Source of the DNA: an uncultured Myxococcales bacterium | GTDB taxonomy: Bacteria > Myxococcota_A > UBA9042 > DTJE01 | Direction of reading: 5' to 3' | DNA: 64,000 nucleotides | Assembly: GCA_903936705.1 (NCBI GenBank) | Contig: CAIZWN010000073.1 | Location: 26,061 to 90,060, forward strand | Shown: piece after piece, positions 30,109-39,907 of the stretch | Position numbering within the stretch: the first letter of the stretch is position 1 | How the letters are laid out: every line of letters starts with the position of its first letter | Program-made: the position numbers and the translations under genes | Notes under the pieces: model-generated | What the model was told of the DNA's origin: nothing | Database searches by the model: none | Seen by the model: the letters and a program-made list of their open reading frames with translations, nothing else

Positions 30109-31491
30109 TCAGTCGCTGCCTGGCCGGGCCAGGTCCAACTGGCGCAGAAGGTATTCCAGGCTCTTGCGATGAATTCCGGCGATGCGGGCCGCCTTCGAGA
30201 CGTTCCCTTCAGTACGCTTCAACAGGCGGCTGAAATAGCGACGCTCGAATTCGTCTATCAGCCGGTCCTTCACATCCTTGAACGGGTTCTCGAAATCCAC
30301 CCGCAGGATCTCGTCCGGGTCGCCTGGGTTGTGGTGCAGCGATGCCTGCGTGGGCGGCGGCAAATCCAGCGGCAGTGGCGCCCCCGACAGCGCACCCGAG
30401 AGGATCACCGAACGCTCCAGGAAGTTGCGCAGTTCGCGCACGTTGCCTGGCCAGGCGTATTCCTTCAATTTTTCCATGGTGTCGTACGACAGGCGAGGTG
30501 CCGGCATGCCGCTGCGGCCAGCGATTTCGGCCAGGAAGTGGTCGGCCATCAAGGGTATGTCCTCGGGCCGGCGGCGCACCGGCGGCAGTGCAATGCGGAT
30601 GACACCCAGGCGCCAGAACAGGTCCTCGCGGAAATTCCCGGCGCGGACCTCGTCGTCCAGACGGCGGTTGGTCGCAGCAATGATGCGCACGTCCAGTGAA
30701 ACGTGACGATTGCCGCCGACCGGCTTGACCTCTCGCTTTTCCAGGACCCGCAGCAGCTTGGGTTGCAGTTCCAGCGGCAGTTCCCCGATCTCGTCCACGA
30801 ACAGGGTGCCGCCGTTCGCCTCGACCATCGCCCCCTGGCGGTCGCGCACGGCCCCGGTGAAGGCGCCGCGCACGTGGCCGAACAGTTCGCTTTCCATCAG
30901 GTCCCTGGGAATCGCCGTGCAGTCGAAAACGACGAATGGCTTGGCGCGGCGTGGTCCAGCGGCATGCAGCGATTCGGCAGCCACTTCCTTGCCAGTTCCG
31001 CTCTCGCCCTCGATCAGCACCGTGGCGTCCGTCGGGGCGACGCGCTTCAGGATTGCGAACACCTCGCGCATCTCGACCGATCTGCCCAGCAGCATCCCGA
31101 ACCGGGTCTCGCGAGCTATACTGATGTCCACGGTCTCGGAGCCCAGCCGGAACAGGATTATTGTCTCGCCCAGCACCAACCGTTCCTCGGCCGGGAGGTA
31201 GGCCGACAGCACCTTCAGGTCGCCGATGCGTACGCCGTTCTTGCTGCCGGCGTCGGAAATCCTGTATCCCTGGCCGTCGTGCTCGATACGGGCGTGGTTC
31301 CGGGATACGGTGGGGTCCGACAGCATGAACTGGCAGTCAGGCGCAGTTCCTATGTCGACCAGGCGTTTTTCGAAGGACTTTTCCATTCCCTTGTCGGGTC
31401 CTTCGATTACCTTCATGGTGTATTTTCGCAGGGTCAGGTAATCCACCGGGACTTCGATATTCACGGTGCGGGTCTGTTCCAATTGGCTCAT
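30109..31491 (-). CDS. Sigma-54-dependent transcriptional activator with an N-terminal FHA domain and a C-terminal Fis-type HTH
   Basis: The FHA core is IGTAPDCQFMLSDPTVSRNHARI. The AAA+ elements are GESGTGKE, GAFTGA and ESELFGH. The HTH is VSKAARIAGIHRKSL. Confidence 0.85.
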   Translation of the reverse strand: MSQLEQTRTVNIEVPVDYLTLRKYTMKVIEGPDKGMEKSFEKRLVDIGTAPDCQFMLSDPTVSRNHARIEHDGQGYRISDAGSKNGVRIGDLKVLSAYLPAEERLVLGETIILFRLGSETVDISIARETRFGMLLGRSVEMREVFAILKRVAPTDATVLIEGESGTGKEVAAESLHAAGPRRAKPFVVFDCTAIPRDLMESELFGHVRGAFTGAVRDRQGAMVEANGGTLFVDEIGELPLELQPKLLRVLEKREVKPVGGNRHVSLDVRIIAATNRRLDDEVRAGNFREDLFWRLGVIRIALPPVRRRPEDIPLMADHFLAEIAGRSGMPAPRLSYDTMEKLKEYAWPGNVRELRNFLERSVILSGALSGAPLPLDLPPPTQASLHHNPGDPDEILRVDFENPFKDVKDRLIDEFERRYFSRLLKRTEGNVSKAARIAGIHRKSLEYLLRQLDLARPGSD

Positions 31492-33488
31492 GGAGTCTCC
31501 GTGGGCGTGGGCTGCGATGACGGGTCCCGAACGCTTCCGGACGGGCCGCCACCACCCAGTTCTACCGTTCCAAGAGCCCGGTCCCGTCCTGGTGCGACGT
31601 CGAACGGCGTGCTGCGCGATCGTTCTCCGCCGTTCGATTTGAGTGTCAAAACGTGCGCCCCGGCAGGCAGTTCCATGTCCACCAGGTTTCCGGACGTCTC
31701 GATCCTGCGGTCGTCGATCAGGACTTCCGCATCGGCCGGGAAGAAGCGGAACTTCACACGACCTGGGATGGCCGAGAGCGACACGTGGACCGATGTTGGC
31801 GAGCCGCTGGTCAGCGTCAGCGGTTTTGAAACCCTTCCTTCGGCCGCCAGTTCCAGCCGCAGCGAGCCGCCGGCAGGGACCGTTATCTCCAAGGGGGTCT
31901 TGCCCAGTTCATGATCGCCGGATGTGACCAGGGCGCCGGGCGGGTCGGATTTTAGGTTGATTTTCCTTGGGCCTGCAGGCTCGGCGGTCATTGGCGCTGC
32001 CGTGGTTCCGGTTCTTGAAAAACCGGCTGTTCGTGATGCCGGGGGCGTTGTCGATGCAGGGCCTTCAGCAGCGGTCGGTTGGACTGCAGGCTGAGTGTCC
32101 ACGCTGGACGCAGGATCGGCTGTCGTCTTTGGATCCTGGCCCGCCGGTGCCGGTGCTACAGCGGCAGCGAGTCCGGTACCCGGCGCAGTCTGGACTTGCG
32201 CTGGCGGGCCGGGCTGGGTCGCGACGATCGGTTCTGATCCGCCGTCGCGCCTGGGTTCGTTGACCATCGACCAGGCCATGACGAATCCGGCAAGACCGGC
32301 GATGCCCAGCCCCATTGCCAACCAGGGCCAAACCCGCCTGGCACGTGCGAACCGCGGGCGCTGGGCAACGTTGCTAGCGGCGACCGAATGGCTGGCGAGG
32401 GTACGGGTATGTGCGGACCTGTCGGACCCGGCGGGCGTCGGTGAGCCATCGAGAGTGTCGAGTGGCTTGCCAAGCAGCGATGCGGCAACCTCGTCCAGCG
32501 AGCGTGGTGTTCCGGGCCGCCCGGGTGTGGGAGTGACCGGTCCGTTGGAACGGACAGGATCGACCGCGGCCAGCCCGGTCAGGAATTCAGCCAGAGTCCT
32601 GGCCGACACCATCGTATGGGCCTCGAACATGTACGTGGACAGTGCCTGCCGGAAGGCCTCCATTGTCGGGTATCTGCCTGCCGGGTCACGGACCATGGCG
32701 CGTCCGACGATCGACGCCAGCGAACCTGGCACCCAGGGGGCCACCTCTGACAAGGCAGGCGGCTCGCACCGACGCACCAGATCCAGCACGGCCATTTCCG
32801 AGGTTCCCTCGAACGGTCGTCGGCCTGCCAGCATCTCGTAGGCGACCACGCCCAGGCTGAACACGTCGGCCCGTGGGTCGCAATCGTCACCAACCACCTG
32901 TTCCGGGGACATGTAATAGACCTTGCCGTGCAGCGTTCCGGGAATTGTCAGCGACAGCCGCAGTGCGGCCTTGGCCACGCCGAAGTCGGTAAGTTTCACC
33001 TGTCCGTCCATGGACAGCAGCAGGTTTGCCGGACTGACGTCGCGATGGACGATTCCCAGCGGGATTCCATCCGGCCCACGTTTTTCGTGCGCATGCGACA
33101 GCGCCTTTGCAATCTCGACCAGGACGTACAGGGCCAGACCTTCCGGCATCCTGCGCTGTTCGACGCGCAGGCGGTGGAACGCCTCCTTCAGGTCCATGCC
33201 TTCCACGTACTCCATCGCCATGAAGTACTCGCCATCGACCTCTCCGACCTCGAAGACCTGCACGATGTTGCCGTGGCTGAGGCAGGCGGCCACGCGGGTC
33301 TCGTCAAGAAAGCGTTCAAGGAAACCGGCTTCGCGGGCCAGGTGAGGCAGGATCTTCTTCAGGACGACCAGCCTGTCGACGCCGGGCAGGCCGGGCTGGC
33401 GCGCCAGCAGGATCTCGCCCATCCCGCCCGCACCCAGGGCGCGCACCAGTTCGTATCGCCCAAACTGCTGCCGAGAATCTTCCACCAA
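31488..33488 (-). CDS. Ser/Thr protein kinase with a TM segment and C-terminal PEGA domains
   Basis: Kinase motifs are GAGGMGEILLAR, VLK, HRDVSPANLLL, DFG and SPE. The PEGA-like segments are PPGALVTSGDHELGKTP and FFPADAEVLIDDRRI. The gene overlaps the downstream activator gene by 4 nt. Confidence 0.85.
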   Translation of the reverse strand: MVEDSRQQFGRYELVRALGAGGMGEILLARQPGLPGVDRLVVLKKILPHLAREAGFLERFLDETRVAACLSHGNIVQVFEVGEVDGEYFMAMEYVEGMDLKEAFHRLRVEQRRMPEGLALYVLVEIAKALSHAHEKRGPDGIPLGIVHRDVSPANLLLSMDGQVKLTDFGVAKAALRLSLTIPGTLHGKVYYMSPEQVVGDDCDPRADVFSLGVVAYEMLAGRRPFEGTSEMAVLDLVRRCEPPALSEVAPWVPGSLASIVGRAMVRDPAGRYPTMEAFRQALSTYMFEAHTMVSARTLAEFLTGLAAVDPVRSNGPVTPTPGRPGTPRSLDEVAASLLGKPLDTLDGSPTPAGSDRSAHTRTLASHSVAASNVAQRPRFARARRVWPWLAMGLGIAGLAGFVMAWSMVNEPRRDGGSEPIVATQPGPPAQVQTAPGTGLAAAVAPAPAGQDPKTTADPASSVDTQPAVQPTAAEGPASTTPPASRTAGFSRTGTTAAPMTAEPAGPRKINLKSDPPGALVTSGDHELGKTPLEITVPAGGSLRLELAAEGRVSKPLTLTSGSPTSVHVSLSAIPGRVKFRFFPADAEVLIDDRRIETSGNLVDMELPAGAHVLTLKSNGGERSRSTPFDVAPGRDRALGTVELGGGGPSGSVRDPSSQPTPTETP

Positions 33489-33716
33489 TCTTCATCCACG
33501 ACCGGGCGCCAAGTGTACCATGTACCGATCGTCATTCCAGGGCTGTCTGATCCGAATGGTGTCCTCGGTCGGTACTCACTGCACAAAGTGGCGGTGACTC
33601 GATTGGAATCCGGACCAATGCCCAGGTAGGAAGCAAGTGGGTTCAAGCTGCGTTCAAAAGGAATTCCATGTGAAGTTCGTGCCAGCCGCCGTGTCTTTCG
33701 AAGGTGGGTCATGAGG

Positions 33717-33755
33717 GGGGCTACGGCGCGGGGCTACGGCGCGGGGCTACGGCGC
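33717..33755. repeat. Three tandem copies of a 13-nt unit (CTACGGCGCGGGG), immediately after the GH84 stop codon
   Basis: Seen directly. Confidence 0.6.
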
Positions 33756-35822
33756 TTCGATCGTCGACAGGGAACGATCCAGAAACGACTGGACAATGCC
33801 GCCGGTGGGGCGCGCCATCAGCGCCCGGGCCTGATCGACCAGATCCCGGAAGGACTGCAGCACTATCGGATCGACCGTTTCGCCCGCCGCCTTGGCCAGC
33901 AGCAGGTCCAGCGCCTGCTGGCCGGCGATGCCGTATCGTCCCGTCTGATCGGCCCACGGCAGCAGTGATTCCTTCAAAGCTGCCGATGCCGAACCGGTCG
34001 ACCATCCTTCGGGTACTGCCTGGAAGGGCCCGAAGAAATCCTCCCGCAGAATCGATGCCGGTCCGGCCAGATCCGACGCGGCATCCCAGGCCAGCCAGAA
34101 GTTTCCAAGCGCCGTTTCCAACAGGGGGGCCTGGGATCCTTGAAGCTGGACCGATCTGTTGGTTCTCGCCATCGTCGCCAGCGCGGCCGCTCCGGCCGAC
34201 CCGGCCAGCATTTTCGCCATGGACCCAAGGGAAACCTCGGGGTCATAGGCGGCAGCGTTCCACGAGTAATCGGCGCACGTCGCCAGGGCTGGCAGCGATC
34301 CGAAGGCGTTAGGCATCGCGTTGAACATCAGTCCCCACAGGTGCTCCGGCAGGTCCGGGTCCCTTCCGGTCAGTGGCCCAAGGTTCACCCGCGGGCCTTC
34401 CTGGTCGATGACCGGGTAGTTGTCGCCCAGCAGGGGCTTGCGTTGCAGCAACGCTGCCGCCGCGTCTGCATCCGCTACCGAAATGGTGCGTGAAACGATC
34501 TCGGGGCCGGTCCATCCTATGGCGACGTCGGAAGCCAGCGCCGCGCCAGCCATCGGAAGCGAGGTTGATGCACCAGGCGCGTTCGTGAAGTAGTCGTTTG
34601 GCACGAACCCCAGTACCACTGCGGGCCGCCGGGCGTGAAAAGCTTCGAGTACGTGCTGCGTGTAGTCGACTACGGCCTCGTCGTAGGTCGTATAGGCAGC
34701 CTCGTCCGCCGGCAAAAGCTTCTTGTCTGTGTCGTCAAAGCTGATTGCCAACAGGCCGAAACCCAGATCCGCCAACAGCACCAGTTTGTCGACGGTAGCG
34801 GCCCGGTCCTCGTCGCTTGAAAATATGGCCGCGCTAAGGGGCCTGATCTGGATGCCGGCCTGCACGCCTTGTGCCCGTGCGGCCTCGACCATGTCGGACA
34901 ACTTGGCCAGGTAATCGTCGGGCCAGTCCTCCCGCCAGTAGTCACCGATCCAGTCCATCCAGGGGTCCATCTTGGACGCATATATGTACAGATTCAGCTT
35001 CAGCCTGGAAAATTCGGCCATGATAGCCAGCCGGTCATCGACATCCCAGGGCGGTCCGTAAAACGTCTCCAGCACTCCTCGATATGAAGTTGCCGGGCCA
35101 TCGTCCACCAGGAATTCCCGGGTTGTTGGCGGTGCAGTTGTGACCAGTTGAGAAACCGTTTCCAGTGCCCAGCGCCGCCCGCGTTCGGCCGGGGCGAACA
35201 CATCGACCACCATCGTGCCCTCGGCACTGGTCGATGTGCGCACAACGTACGACTCGTCCGAAGACGGCGCCTGGGGGGGGCATGCGGCAGTCAGAGCGGC
35301 CCAGTCCGGTGCGTCGTGCATGCGGATTCGAACGCCGGCAGCGCCGGTCGTCACTATCCAGTTGAAGCGTCTTGCGAAGGCATCCAGCCAGGAATTCTCG
35401 ACGGCGCTTCCCCCGTCCAGCGAAACCGAGGCTGGTCCGATCGGTACCTGAATGGCGTCCCCCCAACCCAGCACTCGAACCGGCAGGGGCAGAACGCCGG
35501 AGACGGCGGACGCCGCGCCGTCGGGGGGGCAGGACAGCGCCGGATCAACCGGCGTCGCATCTGCCACTTCCGGGGCGTCGGCCACAACTTCCTCGATTCC
35601 AGGGTCAATATTCTCGACGTCAATCAATACGTCGCTATCCGGTGCCTGGTCCTTAGGGGCGTCCCGCGTGTCCTGGTCCGACGTGTCCGCCGTGGCATCG
35701 ACCCGAAGATCGTTGCCGGCGGACGAGTCCGCGCAACCCACGGCAAATGCCGCTGCGATCAGCCAAAGCCCGCATTCCGGCAACCGAATGACACTGTGCC
35801 TTGCCACGATACCCCCCCCCAA
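33747..35822 (-). CDS. Glycoside hydrolase family 84 (O-GlcNAcase/NagJ-like) lipoprotein
   Basis: RGVLETFYGPPWDVDDRLAIMAEFSRLKLNLYIYASKMDPW aligns with the GH84 catalytic core RGVVEGFYGTPW...KLNTYIYAPKDDPY. The signal peptide ends AVGC. Confidence 0.7.
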   Translation of the reverse strand: MGGGIVARHSVIRLPECGLWLIAAAFAVGCADSSAGNDLRVDATADTSDQDTRDAPKDQAPDSDVLIDVENIDPGIEEVVADAPEVADATPVDPALSCPPDGAASAVSGVLPLPVRVLGWGDAIQVPIGPASVSLDGGSAVENSWLDAFARRFNWIVTTGAAGVRIRMHDAPDWAALTAACPPQAPSSDESYVVRTSTSAEGTMVVDVFAPAERGRRWALETVSQLVTTAPPTTREFLVDDGPATSYRGVLETFYGPPWDVDDRLAIMAEFSRLKLNLYIYASKMDPWMDWIGDYWREDWPDDYLAKLSDMVEAARAQGVQAGIQIRPLSAAIFSSDEDRAATVDKLVLLADLGFGLLAISFDDTDKKLLPADEAAYTTYDEAVVDYTQHVLEAFHARRPAVVLGFVPNDYFTNAPGASTSLPMAGAALASDVAIGWTGPEIVSRTISVADADAAAALLQRKPLLGDNYPVIDQEGPRVNLGPLTGRDPDLPEHLWGLMFNAMPNAFGSLPALATCADYSWNAAAYDPEVSLGSMAKMLAGSAGAAALATMARTNRSVQLQGSQAPLLETALGNFWLAWDAASDLAGPASILREDFFGPFQAVPEGWSTGSASAALKESLLPWADQTGRYGIAGQQALDLLLAKAAGETVDPIVLQSFRDLVDQARALMARPTGGIVQSFLDRSLSTIEAP

Positions 35823-36068
35823 TTTGTTCCCGAGGCCTGGAAAAAGACCGCGCCTCGTCCATCAATTCCGGATTCGCCAGCCCGACGGTGGCCCTGGATT
35901 GAAGGCCAGAGCCTAGCCCGGAACCGGGACCAAGGAAAGTCGGTTTGCTGTGGACGGTCGGTCAGCGATCCATCGCAACAGATCCGGTTTCTGACGATGT
36001 AGGAAATATTGGCCACCCGGCAGGCAAAATCGGCCGCTTCCATTGACATCGACGTCTAGCGATTCAAG

Positions 36069-36106
36069 GGTGCACATGTTGTTTGTGAGGCTGTTTTATG
36101 CGCACC
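36069..36106. promoter_or_regulatory. Inverted repeat GGTGCACA-N22-TGCGCACC, 60-100 nt upstream of the OYE gene; operator candidate
   Basis: Seen directly. A match for each 8-mer arm in the other is 7/8. Confidence 0.2.
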
Positions 36107-36167
36107 CACGCCCAGGAACGCTCGACTGGGAAACGTGTTTCAACCAAAACCCGCAAGGAGTGACGAA

Positions 36168-37253
36168 ATGTCTAATCGCATGCTGTTCGATCCGACGACC
36201 CTGGGAACCCTGGTTCTGAACAACCGCCTGGTTATGGCTCCGATGACGCGCAGCCGCGTCGTGGAAGCCGGCACCCCCAACGACCTGATGGCCGAATACT
36301 ATGGTCAGCGGGCGACTGGGGGCCTGATCATCACCGAGGGCGTATCGCCGTCGCCCAACGGCACCGGTTATGCGCGCATCCCGGGGCTTTGGAGCGACGC
36401 CCAGATCGCCGGATGGAGTAACGTGACTGACGCCGTCCATTCCCGCGGAGGGAAGATATTCGTTCAGTTGATGCACACGGGTCGTGTGGGCCATCCCCTG
36501 AACCTGCCGGCAGGAGGCGAAGTGCTGGCTCCCAGCGCGGTGGCGGCCGACGGGCAGATGTGGACCGATTCCCAGGGAATGCAGCCGCATCCCGTACCTC
36601 GGGCCATGACGGACGCCGAGGTAGTCGCGGCCATCGGGGAGTTCGTGCAGGCGGCGCGCAACGCGATTGCAGCCGGGTTTGATGGGGTCGAGTTGCACGG
36701 GGCGAACGGCTATCTGATCGAGCAGTTCCTCAGCCCCACGACGAACCAGCGCACCGACAGGTGGGGCGGTTCAATCGAGCGGCGCCAGGAGTTCCTGATG
36801 GCCATTGCCGCGGCCGTGGCGGACGCCATTGGTGGGTCCAGGGTCGGGATCCGTCTGTCGCCATACGGGGTCAACGCCGGCATGAAATCGTACCCCGAGA
36901 TTGACGAAAACTACCTGACATTGGTGGCGCGTCTCGCTGCCACCGGCGTTCAGTACCTGCATCTTGTGGACCATTCCGCCATGGGGGCGCCAGAGGTTCC
37001 AGCCGCCCTGAAGGCACAGTTGCGCACGGCCTGGCCCAGGACGTTCATCGTGGCAGGCGGCTTCGACGCGGCATCCGCCGAGGCGGCTCTGGTCCAGGGC
37101 CAGGGCGACCTGGTCGCATTCGGGCGGCAGTTCCTGGCCAACCCCGACCTGGTGGCTCGGCTGGAAGGCGGGCTGCCCCTGAACGCCCCGGACTTCGGCA
37201 CCTTCTATACCCCGGGACCGAAGGGTTACACGGACTACCCGATGGCGACCTGA
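36168..37253 (+). CDS. NADH:flavin oxidoreductase (Old Yellow Enzyme / N-ethylmaleimide reductase family)
   Basis: The motifs are LVMAPMTRSR, GGLIITEG and HGANGYLIEQFL, in a TIM-barrel OYE architecture. AGGAG lies 7 nt before the ATG. Confidence 0.85.
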   Translation: MSNRMLFDPTTLGTLVLNNRLVMAPMTRSRVVEAGTPNDLMAEYYGQRATGGLIITEGVSPSPNGTGYARIPGLWSDAQIAGWSNVTDAVHSRGGKIFVQLMHTGRVGHPLNLPAGGEVLAPSAVAADGQMWTDSQGMQPHPVPRAMTDAEVVAAIGEFVQAARNAIAAGFDGVELHGANGYLIEQFLSPTTNQRTDRWGGSIERRQEFLMAIAAAVADAIGGSRVGIRLSPYGVNAGMKSYPEIDENYLTLVARLAATGVQYLHLVDHSAMGAPEVPAALKAQLRTAWPRTFIVAGGFDAASAEAALVQGQGDLVAFGRQFLANPDLVARLEGGLPLNAPDFGTFYTPGPKGYTDYPMAT

Positions 37254-37295
37254 CGGGAGGGACTGGCATTCTTCAAGCGTTCCCAAGCGCTGTGG

Positions 37296-38861
37296 TCACT
37301 TCGCAGTCGTGACCGGCAGCGACTCCACGCGAGGTCGTAGATCGACGGTCCGGCAAAGATTCCGGGCTGCAATTTCGCGGAAGGATTCCGACACTCGAGA
37401 GTCATCCGCAAGGTGACCCCAGAAATCGATGGCTGCATCCAGAACCGAACCAGCGACGTCCGCGACCTCGGGGCCCAGGATCAGCAGAACGTGGTCCATT
37501 CGGGGCAGTTCGCCTTGCCGCGGATGGTAGTGCATTGGCAGCATGTCGTAGACGGGCGCCAGCGTCGTCACACGTTGGCCGTCCAGCAGGAAGGCGAGGT
37601 TGCCGAAGTGCATATCAGTGTTCCCGATCAGGCGGCCAAAAGTCTCCAGCCAGCGCACTCGGCGCACCACGCTACCTGGAACGATGCCCCCGGCGGCAAG
37701 AATTTCGACCGCAGCCGTCCAGCTGGTCAGGTTCGTGCCAGCGAACTGGGCATCCAGGAACTCCAGTGCGACCTGTCCTGTGCGGTGGGAAACCTGGTCG
37801 CGGTCGAAACGTTCGATCTCCAGGAAAAGGCGGTTTCCGGCCGGCAAGATCGAGGCAATGGGAACATTGAAGCCGTTCTTTCCAACAGTCGAAAGTGCAA
37901 CCTGTTCGGCAACCAGCAGGTCAGCGACGCGGCGTCCAACCGATTCGTCTGTCGGGGGCGAGAATTTGACCAGCACGGGAGTCACGTGGTCTCCATCGCG
38001 CCGCGTGGCCAGGAACTTCGGTTGTTCTCCCGCTGCCGAGGACCCTGCCGTGCCGAACGAAAGCAGATCCGACGCGATCGCAGGATAGCGATCTTGGCGT
38101 TCAGTCACATCGACTGAATTCGACGGCCGCTGAACCTCCTCAAGGAATCGGGAACACGCTTCGTCTCCGATGATGAACGCGCCGGGCTGGTCCCATCCGT
38201 AGCGCGATGCGAACCGCAGCGCATGATCGGCGGACCACATTCGGATGTCGGATGGCAGGCCCAGTTCTGGGTGTCGCTGCGGCACCAACCGCCCTAGGAA
38301 CCCGGACGGTCGTGCGCCCTGCAGAAACCATGGGAGGTCATCGAAGAAACGGCCGCCATCGTCAGAGGCGAAGTAGAAGCCGCGTTCCCCGATGGCGCTG
38401 AGGCTGCCGAATCGACGCGGTTTTTCCCCGCGAGGGCGGACTTCGTAGATGACCAGCGGTTGTCGTACTCCCGGAATTTCTCGCGCCAGGCCGTATCGTC
38501 TATCGCGAGTGCGCCCGAACGAAAGCACTTCGCCACGAAGTGATGAGACCAGTCGCGAGAACGTTGGCTGGCTGACGCCAAGTTCGCGTACCAACACGGA
38601 CGGATTTACCAAGCCCCTGCGGGCCAGCAATGAAAACAGACGCTCCCGAAGGTGCGCTCTTGGGTCGTTAGGTTCCACGTAGATATGAATAGAATGCTGA
38701 CGATAAAAAAGCAAGGATTCGCCAGAGGTTAGTTCGATACAATTGGTATTGGTGAATGAATACGTGAATGGTTGCTTGTGGGTAATGGCATCTGCGCTCC
38801 TCAATCCAGCGGTCAAGTGCCTTCTGGTAGCTTTAGGTTCGCGATATTCGATGGTCCACAA
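37296..38861 (-). CDS. HipA-family Ser/Thr kinase with a fused N-terminal HTH (HipH/YjjJ-like); start uncertain
   Basis: The HTH is LVRELGVSQPTFSRLV. The HipA core is GEQPKFLA...KFSP...IGNTDMHFGNLAFL, with the D-x-H-x-x-N catalytic loop. A GTG near 38678 is an alternative start. The 5-prime end lies in an AT-richer stretch. Confidence 0.7.
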   Translation of the reverse strand: MWTIEYREPKATRRHLTAGLRSADAITHKQPFTYSFTNTNCIELTSGESLLFYRQHSIHIYVEPNDPRAHLRERLFSLLARRGLVNPSVLVRELGVSQPTFSRLVSSLRGEVLSFGRTRDRRYGLAREIPGVRQPLVIYEVRPRGEKPRRFGSLSAIGERGFYFASDDGGRFFDDLPWFLQGARPSGFLGRLVPQRHPELGLPSDIRMWSADHALRFASRYGWDQPGAFIIGDEACSRFLEEVQRPSNSVDVTERQDRYPAIASDLLSFGTAGSSAAGEQPKFLATRRDGDHVTPVLVKFSPPTDESVGRRVADLLVAEQVALSTVGKNGFNVPIASILPAGNRLFLEIERFDRDQVSHRTGQVALEFLDAQFAGTNLTSWTAAVEILAAGGIVPGSVVRRVRWLETFGRLIGNTDMHFGNLAFLLDGQRVTTLAPVYDMLPMHYHPRQGELPRMDHVLLILGPEVADVAGSVLDAAIDFWGHLADDSRVSESFREIAARNLCRTVDLRPRVESLPVTTAK

Positions 38862-38865
38862 GAAC

Positions 38866-39855
38866 CTACCGAAGGAACACGTTCTCGTTGTGCCACTGCA
38901 ACAGTTCAGCAGACGGCCTCAGGTCCGGTGCCGAGGGGACGTTGACCTGCCGGTCTCGCATTGCGTAGTAGGCAACGCCGTTTTCCCAATCCTCGCGCAG
39001 GCGGCCGCTGACCCTAAACTCGTGGTCGGGAGTGATCGTCACATAGCCATGGTCGAACAATCGGTGCACATCCGACCGCAGGAGGATGCCATTCCGAATA
39101 TCGTTGGGGCCGTCCTTTGCGAACGGCTTGATATGCGCCGCTTCCAGCACCGGGAGGGAATGTTCGCCCGTGACAGCGCATGCACCGTAGACATCAGTCA
39201 CTACCGCGCGAAACGTGCCCTGACCCAGACGTGGCTTAACCAGAATGGGCTCTCCGTATCGGGCTGGACGATCGAGGAGTTGAGGGGTGACGGTCAGCCG
39301 AGCCTCAGCCATGCATTCGTCCCAGAGTCGATGTCCCTCCCCGGAGGACAGGTCATAACCTTTCGTTGTGACGATGTTTGGCGACCAGTCGGACGGTTGT
39401 GCAATCCATCGTTCCTTCTCGAAGAACACAGGCTGCGACAGCAGGATGCATCCGATCGGGCCATGTGGGTCGCCCCCGTTTCGAACGCGGTACTCGGCCG
39501 TGCGACGACGGAGGCTTTCTTCCGTCGGGTTCCCGTTTGCCTGGCCGAAAAGCTCCCAGGCTCGCCAGTCCGGTATGACGACGTAGCGGGCAAAAAAGCC
39601 GAAGCCCACAATGACGTTGTGTGGCGCCTTCAACTTGAAGAAGAACGGTTCGCCCGGCACGAGAGCGCTAAAGGCTCCTCCCGACGGTTTCCAAAAGTTG
39701 ATCTCCTCGAGCCCGGTCCTGTTTTCAGCAATAGATTGGCGCTGACGCTCCAGCAAGAATCGGTACCATTCGAAGTCGGTGTTGCCGACACTGCCACGCA
39801 CAGAATTTCTCCGAAATACTAGACGGGAAGTATCCCAGACGGCTGTGGGAGTCAA
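38866..39855 (-). CDS. HNH endonuclease family protein (HNH_2 type, restriction-like) with an uncharacterised N-terminal domain
   Basis: The C-terminus GACAVTGEHSLPVLEAAHIKPF...NGILLRSDVHRLFDHGYVTI matches the HNH_2 motif (C..TG...AAHI.P...NG..L..D.H..FD.G). Confidence 0.65.
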   Translation of the reverse strand: MTPTAVWDTSRLVFRRNSVRGSVGNTDFEWYRFLLERQRQSIAENRTGLEEINFWKPSGGAFSALVPGEPFFFKLKAPHNVIVGFGFFARYVVIPDWRAWELFGQANGNPTEESLRRRTAEYRVRNGGDPHGPIGCILLSQPVFFEKERWIAQPSDWSPNIVTTKGYDLSSGEGHRLWDECMAEARLTVTPQLLDRPARYGEPILVKPRLGQGTFRAVVTDVYGACAVTGEHSLPVLEAAHIKPFAKDGPNDIRNGILLRSDVHRLFDHGYVTITPDHEFRVSGRLREDWENGVAYYAMRDRQVNVPSAPDLRPSAELLQWHNENVFLR

Positions 39856-39907
39856 GTCTCGCGCGCGGTCGTAGAGCGGAATAGAATCGTGTCTTGGGAG
39901 GTGTCCG

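Noticed and set aside
33717-33755. Possible CRISPR array.
   Set aside because: There are only three 13-nt units, directly abutting with no spacers. No cas genes are present in the window.
38743-39822. 359-aa plus-strand ORF across the HNH gene.
   Set aside because: It is the shadow frame of the minus-strand HNH_2 nuclease gene, which has clear conserved motifs. The plus-strand product has no recognisable features.
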